A DNA stretch of 64,000 nt from Octopus bimaculoides (GCF_001194135.2 NC_068992.1:49636763-49700762); one strand, 5' to 3'; shown: positions 37,801-51,580, counted from the first letter of the stretch. Program-made: numbers and translations. Notes: generated from the letters alone by a model not told the origin.

Positions 37801-38221
37801 GATTGAAAATGAGTATTACAAGTGATGTTGTTCGTTTCCTGTGTCTTCCATGACAAAATATTACTCTGCTTGGTAGCAGGTGGGGGTTGGCAACAGGCAG
37901 GATATCTGGTTGTTGAAAATCTATCTCAACAAATTCTATCTGACCTGTGAAGCATGGAAAAGTGATGTTAAAAATGATGATGATGATGTCACTGTTTTGT
38001 GGTTGGGAGGTACCCACCAAAGATGGAATGAACGTAAATCCAATGTGTTTACTTGTTTGTGGCCTAGCAGAGTGTTATAATTCAAACAAGAGCAGTAGAA
38101 TATTTAGGCCACTACTTACTTTTGTGGCAGAGTCTGTTAACTTGTATCCAGGTTCTTGTGGACTTGGGATCGCTACCGTTGACTGAGGTGGGGGAAACTG
38201 GGTTTTTGTTTTGTCAGTCAT
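31851..38221 (-). CDS. ANKRA2: Ankyrin repeat family A protein (ANKRA2/RFXANK-like), 299 aa
   Basis: Exons 38221-38120, 37478-37343, 36604-36519, 36113-36047 (PSTVITNLQRGN), 34833-34768 (ISIHQKAAQGEL), 33880-33657 (GLTALLWAAANGQLATVEYLLQNGA...), 32437-32290 (GNTALMYAVNNNHASCVKLLLEAGAD), 31921-31851 (VQNVIENHLLSIF...TGA); 900 nt in frame. ANKRA2 versus RFXANK cannot be resolved by eye. The start codon is the least certain part because the frame is open to the acceptor at 38245. Confidence 0.88.
32526..32727 (-). mobile_element. RTE-clade LINE reverse transcriptase C-terminal remnant
   Basis: Minus translation WTLTKKLSNRLNGCYTKML / WQQHMTNESHYRDLPKVSENIRQRQLQLSLHCMRH with a frameshift. Confidence 0.7.
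32770..33330 (-). mobile_element. Tc1-like transposon deletion derivative
   Basis: ORF 32965-33231 contains WTALSPDLNPVEHLWDEIQRQL. Right end reads TA|CACTGAACCTTAAAAGAAATGCG on minus; a degenerate matching arm lies at ~32770-32860. Confidence 0.85.
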
Positions 38222-38399
38222 ATTTCTGGAACAGTCAAGAAGAAACTGCAGAAGAGAAAATATTTTGAAAGTTTTAAATTTTGGATTAAAACATATTCCT
38301 ATGTCTAACTACAATAAATACATCATTGCCAAAAAAAGATAAACACAAGCTCTCTGCCTCATTCTACCACCAACCATAAAACTAACTGAAAGAGGGACA

Positions 38400-38880
38400 A
38401 CATTAAACCCTCAACAGTACTCTAACCAAAGATTAATTATCCTTGCTCCATTGATGAGCATAGATGATGGTGGCAGCAAGAAATCTAATCTTATTCTCAC
38501 AGCTACACTCTTGGAACATTCACCTCCACTACTAACTTGGTCGCCTTGATAACAGAAGCTATCTACTACCTCTAGTTTGCCCACCTGGCAGTTGATGGAG
38601 TCTATTCTCTGCACATTTTCAGTGTTTATTGTGCATCTTTCATATACAAAAGCTAGTTTCCCTATTAACCTTCCTCTGATATGCTGTACCATTTATGTGT
38701 CCAAGGCTTACATCAGGTGCATCTTACGGAGTTTCTACCTACGCCTTTTTCTACAGATCGAACAGGGCCATATACCTGAAGGGATTTGTGATTTTTCTGC
38801 CTTCCTACTTACTAAGACTTTGGTTTTTACTAGTTTAACTCTAGGGTCCTTCGATTCTAGGCCTTGCTTTCACACCTGGA
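38400..38880 (-). mobile_element. RTE/BovB-like LINE remnant
   Basis: Minus translation KTKVLVSRK...WPCSICRK... and LEVVDSFCYQGDQVSSGGECSKSVAVRIR, with stops and frameshifts. Confidence 0.8.
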
Positions 38881-40556
38881 ACTTCTCTATACACGCACAA
38901 ACACATATATATCTTTTACTTGTTTCAGTCATTAGACTGTGGCCATGCTGGAGCACTGCCTTCAAAATTTTTTAGTCAAATGAATTGACCTCAGTACTTG
39001 TTTTTTAAAGTCTGGTACTTATTCTATCGATCTGTTTTGTTAAACTGTTAAGTTACATGGACGTAAACGCAGTAACCACGTGAACCCGGAACCATGTGGT
39101 TGGGAAGCAAACTTCTTACCAGACAGCTACGCCAAAATAATTACTGAATATGTGTGTGTGTGTATTCGTGACCCAATACATAATGTTTGGCAGTGTTCTG
39201 ACGACTTGAATTACATGGTAGGTAGCTCGTCTTTCCAGTTAGCTAGAGTTATCTCCCCTTTACATAAAGTCATTAGAATGTTCTCGTTGCTTATTTATAT
39301 TCTTTTTTTTATTAATAAACACATAGGAATATGTACTTAGATATATGGACGGAGTATTGAAATAGCCATAGCTATCGGTACTTCATGGAGAAGGAAAAGG
39401 GAAAGGAATTTCGATGAGATTTTCTTTTTATCCTTCTTCTTTTAGTATTCCTGTATTACATGTTTATCTTTAAATTTGGAACTTTCATCCTTTGTTTTAT
39501 ATTTAATCATAATGAGCTTACTGCTACAGTGATTAGGTGCTTTTCGTACAAGAAAGTTACGAGTGAAATAATTTTTGTGCTTGAATTTTTTTTTACATTA
39601 CTCTTCGCCCTTTTCTTTCCCTAAAAAGTAGGGATAACCATTTCAAAACTCTGCTGTTAACAAGTATAAAATAAAAACTTAAAAAAAAAAAAATCACACA
39701 TCCGACTGTAAACGTTTCGAGCAATAAATTTCATATAGCAAATACTATATATATGCATTCATTATACATTATGAAATCGCGAGGTTTGACAGCTGAAGTC
39801 ATGTTTACGAAAAAAATTTTTTTTAAATCTAAAACTTCACTCCTAATATTGACAAACAATCACATCGATTTTAAGTCTAAACTTGGTGTCTGCAACGTTG
39901 TTGGTACCCAGCTTTAAACATTGCTTCCAAAATCCATAAGTAGTCTTTTCTTTTTCTTTTTTTTTCTTTTAGTTAACCAAACAAACTGAATGTCATAAAA
40001 TTGTCAAAAGATCAAAGATAATCAGATATGCCGACTGACCAACCACACACACATATTCAAGTCTCATGACGGGCAATTAGTGTCGGACAACTACACACAC
40101 ATACACACGAGAATGATATATATATGTATCTAAGTGTGATTACCTATCCCTAATATTAAGAAATTTACTTAGGTTTTTGTTATGTGTCATTTATGGTTGA
40201 AATAGATAGAATTGTCAAAAAATGTTTACATACGCGCACAAAACCAAATACATATGCATTTACACACACATGCATGAAAAGAATATGTGTAAATAGATAG
40301 ATAGATAGGCAAAGAGAGATAGATAGATAGATAGATGATAGATAGATAGATGGATGGATGTATACGGTGAAGACACCAGCTTACGAAATAAATAAAAGCA
40401 CATCTTCGAACAATAACACTTACAGGATGGAATAAGAAACTGATGAATGAAATAAAAAAATTGATCTAATCAATCAGCAATGCAGTTATTAAAGCAGAAC
40501 CTATTAATAACTGTACCAGAAGCGTTTCCGTACAACTTTTAACACGGGGTTATTTC

Positions 40557-40584
40557 ATTGGCTGAGATCTATTAACGCATGCGT
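40557..40584. promoter_or_regulatory. Putative SERF/ANKRA2 promoter motifs: inverted CCAAT box and ACGCATGCGT palindrome (NRF1-like)
   Basis: ATTGG at 40557-40561 and ACGCATGCGT at 40575-40584, ~130-160 nt upstream of the SERF ATG. Confidence 0.4.
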
Positions 40585-40714
40585 ACTATCATAAGCAGGT
40601 TAGATTCGCTACTGAGCAGAGGTGAGAGTTGTGGGTGAGCAAAAAGAACAATATCATCGAAAGCGAAGAGATCTGCTGTTGTTTGGAAAGAAGTGAATGA
40701 AATAGAGAGAGGAA

Positions 40715-42139
40715 ATGAGTCGTAAGTTGCTCATTGAACGTTTTTTAAGGAATACTATTTTTATATTATATTCATATTTTTTTATTTACTTGTGTTATTT
40801 CTATGTTTATAGGTGTTTCTTTTTCTTCGAAATAACAATTATCTCCGCCCGCCATGTTTTGTCCTACATTTTGTCCTACATTTCATCGTCATGTCATTTT
40901 CGCTTTCTTTCTTTCTCTCTCTCTCTCTCTCTGTTATATTCTCTCTTTTCTGTATAATAAATTCAGATACTCTCTCTCTATATATATATATATATTCTCA
41001 CACACTGTAGTTTTTGTAGTATATATATATATATACGCACACTGTATTCAAATAGTATACTTTATACACACGCACACACACACACATGTATATTGACTTG
41101 GGGAAACAAAATGACTGAAATAAGTTTTCCCCACACCGATCAGTTTTCTTTGAGCAAAGTAAATTTGTTTATATTGTGTGTCTATTGCAGTATATTCGCA
41201 CCCTTTTTGGGACATATTCTGTTTCGATATTCTGTTAATGTTTCCAATTTTCCACAGACCCAGTGCCAGTAAAGTGCTTGTGTATGTACTTATGTATGTA
41301 TAAGCTTATATATANNNNNNNNNNNNNNNNNNNNNNNNNNNNNNNNNNNNNNNNNNNNNNNNNNNNNNNNNNTATATATATATATATTACTGGAGATAAG
41401 TCTGGAACAAACGTCGTTTGTATTTTCACACTAGCTAATAGATAAACATACAGTGTTTTTTTTAATTCATTCTCAACGCAAAAACAAGACTACAAGAAGT
41501 GAAGGATTTCAAAGTCAACAGGAAACAAATCTGAAGACAAAGTGTTTGATGTCGTCTAGGAAATAAAGGTCTGTCCCCTAACTAACAGTAATTTTGTAAG
41601 GTCCTAGATTGTTTTCTGGACTTTTGAAAGATTAAAAGCAATGCTGACCTGGCGGTGAGGATATTCTGATCGGAGACAAAGGAAATTTGCATCTGTCATT
41701 TTTTGACATCCACCGCCCCCCTGGAAGGTATACAAGGTGTTTGTCTACATATATTTTGTAGTGTGTATACACACACATACCGTTTATACATATTTTATAT
41801 GTACACACACATATATACGCACATATATGCATGCACACAGGTGTTTTTATATATATGATACACATACACACACACAACACTCACACGCACACATTCTCTT
41901 GGTGATTTTGATAGCTTATCTATATAGATATATATGTATATATGAACCCAGCTAATAACATGTCTTGTGCAAGTCGCTTATTGTGATTGCTTTGAAACGG
42001 AACCTTTCAGATAATAAACAGCTGATAACTTTTATAGGAGAAATATACGAGTACCATAAGAGTATTTTGGACCCACTTATTTTAGTAACAAAAAGTATTT
42101 GGTAACTCCTGTGATTATCAGCGGCTTCCACTGAATGTG

Positions 42140-42191
<52 letters not shown>

Positions 42192-45100
42192 ATGTGTGTG
42201 TCTGTGTCGGTGTGTGTATATATATGTATGTATGTAATGTTGAGTATAAAGTAATGATTAACTTTGGATCTATGTATATGTGTCTACCAAATGTTATAAT
42301 TTAATTAGACTTATCTAAAATACACATTTTTCTTTTTGCACTCTTATTAAATCACTTACGCACTCGATGTTCTTACATTTAGGAATTTGTAGGAAGTGGT
42401 TAGTTTTCGTAGTTTGACCTCTTGTCATCGTTGGAATCTTGTGGACTACACCAATGATAATAATTGACGGAGTTTCAGATCACTTTCCCTGGATTTTGTC
42501 ATTTAAATTTTTCCCCGTGTGTGTGTGTGTTTAAAGAAATGTTTAAAAACCCTGAACATTATGATTTATCAAAATTTCAACTTTTCTCCGTTAGTTTTTT
42601 ATTTTTGTTGACATTATCCGGTTTTTCGTTTTCTCCATTTTTGTGTGTTTGAAATATCGGAGATACGATTCTCCTAATCCTTTCAGAAAATTTCTAAACT
42701 TTTATCGCTTCAATCTCTTTTTCGAATTAAAAAAACTGTTTGATTAAACATTAAAAAAAAAATTCTTGACGAACACGAGCGTAATAAAGAAAACATATAT
42801 GAGATTATTTATTAGTCCCCCACTGTCAACGTTCTGAAGAAGTCTTAAACTTGCATGTGTAGAAGAGAATGGACACGCGTAATCTCTCAATACAAGTGAC
42901 GAAATGCTTTACCCTCTCAGTCCTTGGCCCCTATGTCTAACTTTACCCTTTACCTGGGCTCTTGAACAAAATAACAAATAGTTGTATACACAGCCCAGTA
43001 GTAAACTATTGCTAGGCCTATCTCTCAACTACCGTGTATGTTCATTACAGGCAAACTCTTTCTCACACACACAAATACCAGAGAATAACAATAATAGAGG
43101 CCTGTCTTTCAACTAACGTATTTGACCCGAATCATTCATTCTCTGCGTAAGGCCAAACTCATCGTCCGGAAATTACCATCAACAACTTCCTCAACTGTAA
43201 GGAGTCTGGGCCTTGTTCGTTTACCAGGCTAAGTGTTGGGTTCGTTATACGCTCGTTTCATCGCAAGAATCTTTTTTTTTTCTTTTTCTCGATTAAAAAC
43301 AAAAGTCAACTTTAACTCTGGGGGAACGCCATTAACAATGAGTCATAAACACATTTGACAACAAAGCAAAAAGGTGATCAGTTGTCTTTTTGTGTTTTTA
43401 GTGTTTTATTTTTTCTTTTCTTGTGTTGTTCAATTACCACTTCAATGGGAAACCAATAGAGATTACGGTGGCGGAGGTAAAGAATGCGCACACCACCCGT
43501 TTTCGGCGTAACCGTAAACCTAATCACCGAAAACGAGTGATGTGCGTATTCTTTACCTTCGCCGATTACGGTTAGGCCATTGCTGCTTTACTGGGAACCA
43601 GGTTGCGATAGGGTTAAGTTAAGGAACTTTATGCGAGAGGTTGAGATAAGAGGGCAACGGAAAGTAGGTTCCTCCCCCTTTTACAGTAATTGTGACATGT
43701 CATCTTATTGCCTACGTCACTTTTGAGGTTTTGGGTGGAGTTTGGAACTGAGAGACCCATCACATTCACATACATCCTCTCTCTCTCTCCGTCTTTGTGA
43801 TGCTACTGCTGTTTTTTCTCCATTTTCTCAGCATTGTTGCCTATTAAGCATTTTTGAGCAAGTTAACAGGAAAATCAGCACTTTTTTTTCATTATTTAGC
43901 ACTTTTAGCAGAATACACATGTACACAGCTTGTCAGGAATTTTGAAATAATATTTCATCCAAATTTAAACTAATAAAAACATTTTTGTAACTTTATAACT
44001 GGAAATATTTAGGACTTTTGACACTCTGTGAAGAGAAATGACTGATTAGAACAATTGTCCAAGACTGTGCATTGATATTTGCCAGTTATACTTGTTTTTC
44101 AGTAAGTTGTTTCATAACTGAAATTATTATTATTATTTTAAAGAATTTTGCCTTCAAATTACATGGTGTTGGGTTCAGTCCCACTGCATGGCATCTTGGG
44201 CAAATGTTTTTTCTATTGTAGCTCTTGGCTAAATACAGCTTTGTGAATGGATCTGGTTGGTGGAAACTGATTGAAGCTCATCGTATAATTGCATGTATAC
44301 GTATGTCTTCATGTTTGTTCCCTACCATTGCTTGAGAACTGATATTGGTTTTTGTTTACATCTCTGTAGCTTAGCAGGTCAGTAAAATAGCCCAATAGAA
44401 TGAATGCCAGGCTTTAAAAATATGTACTGAGATCGATTCATTCAACTTAAACCTGGCAAGGCAGGACCCTGGCATCACTGAAACAAAAGATAAAAGAAAG
44501 AATCTCCCTTTTGCTTTTGCTGTTTTTGATAATGCAAGAAAGTAGGAAAGCACATCAGATTTGGAAAGTAATTGCTTACTGTGCTGATAATATTAAGTGG
44601 CTGTTAGGAGGTGAGCTGGTGGAGTCGTTAGCATGCCAGGCAAAATGCCTAGAGCATTTTGTCCATCTTTACATTCTGAGTTCAAATACCGCTGGGTGCA
44701 TTGCAAACTTTGTAGATGTGTCATCATTGCAAAATATTTTGTTAGTAAACCATTACTAAACGTAAAGTTGCATAGAACAATAGTTCTATTTGAAGCAATT
44801 CCTGTTAAGAAATTTCTTGAAAGAAAACATGAAATCTTGATGTTCAAGCCTGTAGCTACAGCAAATATTCTGCTCAATACCACAGATTGCTTGTCAGTTG
44901 CTTGACCTTAACCAGTTGAGCATGTCCCTTAGTGGCTGATGATATGTGCATCTCTGATCATGAGCAAAAGTGGTGGAGGAGCATCATAGCCATGTGTTGA
45001 GAGGAATTCTTTGGGATTTGGATAATTCACCTTTCATAACCTGGGTGTTTTGTTCAACATCCTTAAACAACCCATATTCACGGACCATTTGAGTGGGATG

Positions 45101-47477
45101 GGCTACTCGACCTGAAGAAAATTCTAATTGGGCCCCACCTGCACGGTGCTAAACTTGACCTAATATTGAGCAAATTTGGGGACAAATTTATTTTATTCCG
45201 AAGTTGTTACTGGAGGAACTCCCTTTGTAGATATTGGCAGCATTTGCTCTTAACTTTTTAATGTCCTGAAATTCAAATGTTTTGATAGAAAGTCTATTAA
45301 GTAGCACAAATATTTTAACAAACCCAAATTGAGAAATACGATGGAATTGCTCACTCTGTGAAATGTGGTCTGTAACTACCTGACAAATGCTGCCAAGATT
45401 GTTTACTTGAAGTAAAATTAGTACAATAGTTACCACTTTGTAACACCATAAATACTGAAAACTTATATTTGTTGGAAGTGGATTAAGATATGTTAGCAAA
45501 GTTCAAATATATATTTTTCTTTTTGTTGTTTAATAAACTAGCATTATTTTTTCTGAATATATTTTTAGCACCCTTTTGCAGAAAGTCTAGCTTAAAACTG
45601 CAATTTTCCTTAGCAACACTACTTTCCAGGTGTGTTATGACTTAGTAACTTGTTCTCTCTATTTTGGTGTTGAAGTTGCTGCTTTTAAACCTGGATTTTA
45701 AGTCTTATATTATGCTCCATTCCTTTTAATGATTTTCAAATTTTCGTTTTGAAGACCAGATTCAGAATCTGTCCTGATCCTCCAAATTTTTTTAATAAAC
45801 TATATGAAAAGCCGTTTCTTTTTTTTTTTTTTTAACAATAGGCACAGGTGTAGTTGTATGGTAAGAAGCTTAATTCCCAACCACATGGTTCTTGATTCAG
45901 TTCTCAGATTGGTAGATTTGATAGACGGAAACCTTTTGTTCATAACTTATCTATGTGTGTATGTGTCTTTGTGTCTGTTTGTCCCTCACCACTGGTTGAC
46001 AACTGGTGTTTGTGTGTTTACATCCCTTTAACTTAGCAGTTCCGCAAAAGAGACCGATAGAATGTGTACCAAGCTTAAAAACAAAACTAAGTGCTGGGGT
46101 CGATTTGTTCAACTAAAAATTCTTCAAGGTGGTGCCACAGCATGGCCGCAGTCTAATGACTGAAACAAGTAAAAGATAAAAGATTATAGTAAAGGAATCT
46201 TGATCCAGTCTTTTGTATATCTATCGGAATAAAGAACATGGGAAGCAAACTTCTCAACCACACAACCACATCAGAGCTGATGTGAAGGCTTTCTTGCGAG
46301 TATCTTATAAAACACACTTGAGCTAAGTTTTCTGCATAGACAGAAGCTGAAACCCTGTTTGAACTGCATTAAGTAATTTGAAGGCTGATCCTTGTCATAG
46401 TGTTCAGGTACATGTGTCTGCAGAATATATAGTAGGTCAGTTGATCAATCAATTTGAACTCTGATTTGCATAAACTCGTGTGTGCGTGTGTGTGTGATTC
46501 ATTTATATTCATATTGCTGTAGATGATGTATTATTAGTGGAGAATGAGGATATTGTGTGTGTGTGTGTATGCACACATTTGTTGTAATTTCAGCATGTTG
46601 AAATAAATATTTTCTTGAAATTCCAGGTGGTAACCAAAGAGACAAAGCCCGGCAGAAAAATTTGAAAAAGCAAGAAGAATCTCGAAAGAAATCTACAGCT
46701 GATAAGAAAACTGGCAATAAGGGAATGACACTTGAAGAACGAAGACATAGGTAATGACCTGTTTTTATATTTTGTTTCACTTTAACTACAACTTAGTTAA
46801 CTGAAGTATTTAGTTATAGATTCTGTTAGATTGTACAAGAAGTATATAGGGAAGTAGAGCATGGGCACTTTGATGTGGCACAACCATGAGTACCTTACAC
46901 CATCAGAAAGGTTCAGCGTCCTGAGTTGGTTATTCAGTACTTCATCCCATATATTTTTGATCATTTATCTCTACCTTTCCCTGTGTTATTTGTTAGGATC
47001 AGGTGCCTTGTATTTTTTCTATTTGCTGGTCCCATGTTGATGGATATGAGTATGTAAATCCATATAAAAAAAAAACATACATGACCTTGCAGCACGGTCA
47101 TGTAAACACAAGCGATGGTCAGTGCATTATGCGTAGCTGAGCATTGTGGTTATTCACTGGGGTGCATTTTTGTGCTACCAGCAGACAACAGCGACCCCAT
47201 GGTATCACTGATCAATTCATAAGCTTAGCATTGTGAACAATGTTAAGCTTATGGATTCACGTTATCCTGGATTAATGATGGATGAATTGTGGTAAATGAT
47301 GCTATATGAACATATAGGCGTAGGAGTGGCTGTGTGGTAAGTAGCTTGCTTACCAACCACATAGTTCTGGGTTCAGTCCCACTGCGTGGCATCTTGGACA
47401 AATGTCTATTACTATAGCCTCAGGCTGACCAAAGCCTTGTGAGTGGATTTGGTAGATGGAAACTGAAAGAAGCCCGT

Positions 47478-47524
<47 letters not shown>

Positions 47525-47555
47525 GNNNNNNNNNNGGAAACTGAAAGAAGCCCGT

Positions 47556-47623
<68 letters not shown>

Positions 47624-47942
47624 TGTGTCTGTGTTTGTCCCCCCCCAACATTAGCTTGACAACTGATGCTGGTGTGTTTACGTCCCCATAACTTAGCGGT
47701 TTGGCTAAAGAGACCGATAGAATAAGTACTAGGCTTACAAAGAATAAGTCTTGGGGTCAATTAGCTTGGCTAAAAGGCAGTGCTCCAACAGAGGTAAAAG
47801 TTCCTTGAACTTTCTCTATCCCATTCTTATTCTAGCAATTGCACTTATTTGTTGTTTAATGTCCATTTTCCATGCTGGCATGCATTGGACAGTCCACCAG
47901 AAACCAACTGCTGAACTTTGGTATAGTTTTGATCGAAGCCTG

Positions 47943-47974
<32 letters not shown>

Positions 47975-48365
47975 CTTTGTCTTCTTGCCTTCACATCGCT
48001 TGATATTTGTAAGTGAATGTTGTCATCATGTAAGTGGTGTAATGTTTCCAGTCTTCGATGAAAACATGTCTCGTCATGGGGAAATATTATCTTACTTGGA
48101 AACAGTTGAATGTTTATGACAGGAAGGACATCCTCTTGTCGAAAACTACCATGACACATTCTGTCTGCCGCATGCAAATATGGAAAAGTAACTGTTAAAA
48201 TGAGAATGTTGATGATGTATGTTTTTGATTGCTGAATTTATTGGTTGGTTCTAAATTTTTACTTTTTATTACTTTCCTGATTTTAGAGATGCTGACATAA
48301 TGCGTAAAAAACAAGAGAAGAATAAAGCCACGGAACCAGCTGGATCTGCAGTTGCTGAAAAATAG
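40715..48365 (+). CDS. SERF2: Small EDRK-rich factor (SERF/MOAG-4 family), 69 aa
   Basis: Exons 40715-40721 (ATGAGTC|gtaagt), 46627-46750, 48287-48365 (TAG). Product MSRGNQRDKARQKNLKKQEESRKKSTADKKTGNKGMTLEERRHRDADIMRKKQEKNKATEPAGSAVAEK carries the family motifs M.RGNQR..AR.KN.KK and RDA.IM..KQ. Exon 1 was assigned as the only well-fitting phase-1 ATGnnnN|GT site I found upstream. SERF1 versus SERF2 naming is arbitrary. Confidence 0.85.
43470..43563. repeat. 37-bp inverted repeat with 20-nt loop in SERF intron 1
   Basis: 33 Watson-Crick pairs, 2 G-U and 2 C-A oppositions on the + strand. Confidence 0.9.
47317..47785 (+). mobile_element. Family A SINE spanning a small gap
   Basis: Same head, body and tail as 966-1372. 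Confidence 0.85.
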
Positions 48366-49924
48366 GGGATTTTGTCCTGAGCTATATTTAATGTGGCTCC
48401 CCTTTGCTCTCTGTCACCTTTTCCCAAAGCAGCTCTAAGGTAGTTTCTTAGGAAAATGGCTATAATCCACCCCCCTCTTTTTCTCTGTCCCTTCAAGATA
48501 AAAAAAAATACTGTCCTTTTTTTTTCTTCTTCTACGTGAATCTGTAAATGTTATTTTGTTTTAAGTTTTCAATGTACAAACCTTTTCTTTTTCTTTTTCA
48601 AGTAACATAATGCCCTGTAAATTAACTGGTACTATCTCCTCTGTACAGTGGTTTAGCACTGTTAAATAACCTAATTGTCGTCAGACAGCCTAACTCATGC
48701 CATTTATGTACATAAAAAAAACATCTTCAAACTTTTTAATCTGACCAGATGATCATCAGTTGAATAAAGTAAGTTCTCTTTGCAAAAATACGACTGAACC
48801 TTCCTAACCAGAAATTTTTTAATTTCTTTCCTTCCTAAATATTTCTTCTTGTCTCCTTTAAAATAATAATAATAAAAAAAAAAAGGTGTGCAGATGAAAC
48901 TATTTGCTGTTTTTCCTGTCTTCATTCTCAGACACCCAGTTTTGAATGCTTTTTTTTTTATCTTGACTTGTGTAATTCTTTACAATTGCATGGAATCTTG
49001 ATAAAAGAACGTTGCTGTTTTACAATATCATAAGCAGCAATGTGCAAAAAAAAGAACAAAAAAAAAACTGACAATGAAAATTAAGATTGGAAATGGAGTG
49101 TATGTGTGTACATCTATGTATGCATGTGTGTGTGTGTGTGTGTGTGTCATCTCCGATACAGGGTAACTGTAAAGTCTGGATACACAGGTGAAAATGCATA
49201 TTTTCAATAATTTTATTCAACTACATTAATGAGTAACATTTTTAATATGGTTTCTTTCCACCATTAGTAATGCAAAGTTTGATGCAATTTGCAAGATTCA
49301 TTTGGAACTTGAAGCAGTAACTTCACATTTCTTTCAATTTGTGCACATTCATGATGCATTCATTCAGACAATTCAGACCTTACAGTCACCTTGTACAACA
49401 GCTAGTTTTAAGCCACCTACAGATTTGTAGAAAGAATAGAAATACTATTATTTCTACAAGAAAATGGTTTGAGAAAGTTTCATTTTCAAATCTCTCATTC
49501 ATCATGTTTGTAATATGTGAAAGATAATGCTTATATATAATGATTAGAATTTGTGGATGTACCTGGCTTTTAAACATTTTGTAATAGTTCATTGAAGTAA
49601 AAGGTTCATCTGGAGTAATATTTTTTATATTGGACGTATTATTTTAGCTATGTAGCTCCTCTGCAGAAAGAAACCTGTTTTGTCCCTTTCTGTCATACTT
49701 TAACCCCACATTTAGCATAATGTCACTCCCTTTTCTACTGTAGCCTCACTGCATAGCAATCTCACTTGTGTTGGGCTGTGAACAAAATCACCCAGTACAT
49801 GTAGTAAAGTGGTTGGCATTAGGAAGTACACCCATTTGTAAAGATCATGCAAAACAGATGGTGCATCATGCAGTCCTTGGACTTGTTAAATCCTCTCACT
49901 CTATCTAACACATGCCCACATGGA

Positions 49925-50080
49925 ACATCATCATCATCGTTTAACGTCTGCTTTCCATGCTAGCATGGGTTGGACAATTTGACTGATTGACTGAGGACTG
50001 TTGAACCAGATGGCTACACCAGACTCCAATCTGATTTGGCAGAGTTTCTACAGCTGGATGCCCTTCCTAACGCCAAATGG
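49925..50080 (-). mobile_element. Family D RTE-related short repeat
   Basis: CATCATCGTTTAACGTCTGCTTTCCATGCTAGC...GGATGCCCTTCCTAACGCCAA. Confidence 0.8.
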
Positions 50081-50879
50081 ATATTATAAATGATATTTTC
50101 TTAGAGGCTCATCCTCAGCTTGTTCCTTATTTCTGTCTCTCTATGAAGGAAGGTTTCTGCAACTTCAACCAGACTCTAGAGTTGAATTGTTTTTTTTTTC
50201 ACTTTATTTAATACATATTGTTATTGGACTGTTGTAAGTCTAAGAAGGAAGATACAACCACACTGACATAGTCTTGCTTTTGTCTGACACATGTATATAG
50301 GAATGAGAACTATTTACAGTAGTTTTAGTATTGTGGACCTGCTTGGCAATATATATGTGAGTTCTGTTTCAAATGTCTGTCAGTAATGAACAACTATTAA
50401 TAATAACAAGAAATGGTAATGTTTGGTTGTACAGATAGAGTTCTTTGAGATTTGGTCACTCAGTGCTGAAATGCTTGTTACACCAGTTCTTACATGACTT
50501 GGCTACAAAAATATTGTTAGACTCTGTTGGGAATTTGGGGATTCTAGTGTTAATACATCTGTTAGAGAATTGTCCATTAGCTTTAGTATAACCCAGAAAC
50601 AAGCAGTCACATATCTGGCATTGTAATAGAATTTTTACTGTATAGAAATGACGCATCAGAGCTTTGCATAAGGTTTTTAGACAGACTGTGTTTACAGTGG
50701 CATTTTTATATTGCTGCTTTAGTCCTTAAGCCAGACATTTTGATAATAGTCTATATAATAGACTGACTATGGTTGACCTATCAAACTCATTATATAAAAA
50801 TTTCATCTTAGAAAGATAAACATGTCTGTTGTGGATAATCAATTTTTAATGTTTTCCAGAGTTGGCATGGGCTTAAAAC

Positions 50880-51190
50880 ACCTGTTGTGTCTCACCTAAC
50901 CACTTCTCAAGTCCTTTTTCCGAACATCATCTTCCATTGTTGCTGTCTAACAGCATGTTACATTTTTACATCCAACAGCTATCGTCCACTCTCTTCACAT
51001 ATTCATACCAGTTTGTCTTCATTTGCAACCATTCTCTCACCTTAATCATGCATGACAGCATTGTTGTAGACATATGATTTAACACCACTTCTTGGCTCTT
51101 GGATGTCAATATCTTTACTGCACTGCATCATATTAAACATGCCATTTGTTGTTTTCTTCCTTTGTGCTTTATCAGTTTCAGAGCTCCTAC
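50880..51190 (-). mobile_element. Highly decayed RTE-like LINE 3' remnant
   Basis: Minus translation WYEYVKRVDDSCWM*KCNML...NGR resembles the RTE W.GHV.RM....W.K.C motif. Confidence 0.45.
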
Positions 51191-51580
51191 GATAATTTTC
51201 ACTGCTGCCCTTCTTACACTAAGTCATAAAAAAAAAAATGCAAAATGACATCCAATAGATCACAATTGCTTGATTTCTGTCCAGCCTCTGCTGTAAATCT
51301 CCTACATTCAATGTCTGTGCCTATGATCCAATACCATGATTCTTATGCTAACTTCATACTGTCTGTGTTTCACATGGAAAAAAAAAACAAAAAAACCCAG
51401 GAATTCTTTGTTGTTACATGAGCAACAACTTTGAAAATCTTCCAGCCCCCTATTTAACTACATTGTGGTTAACACCCTCTCTAGTATGAATTATATCATT
51501 TAATGAACCATTTTACTTGGTCCTCTTATTGATAATGACTTTCTTGTGTATCTATCTCATCTGACGTCTTCTTACATTAA

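Noticed and set aside
42834-42912. Hammerhead-like CUGAAGA-A-GUC...GAC-GAAA on the sense strand of SERF intron 1
   Set aside because: Stem II is plausible, but no valid stem III/NUH pairing or stem I partner follows; at most a dead relic.
47456-47620. Direct duplication either side of a 10-N gap
   Set aside because: Typical contig-overlap assembly artifact.
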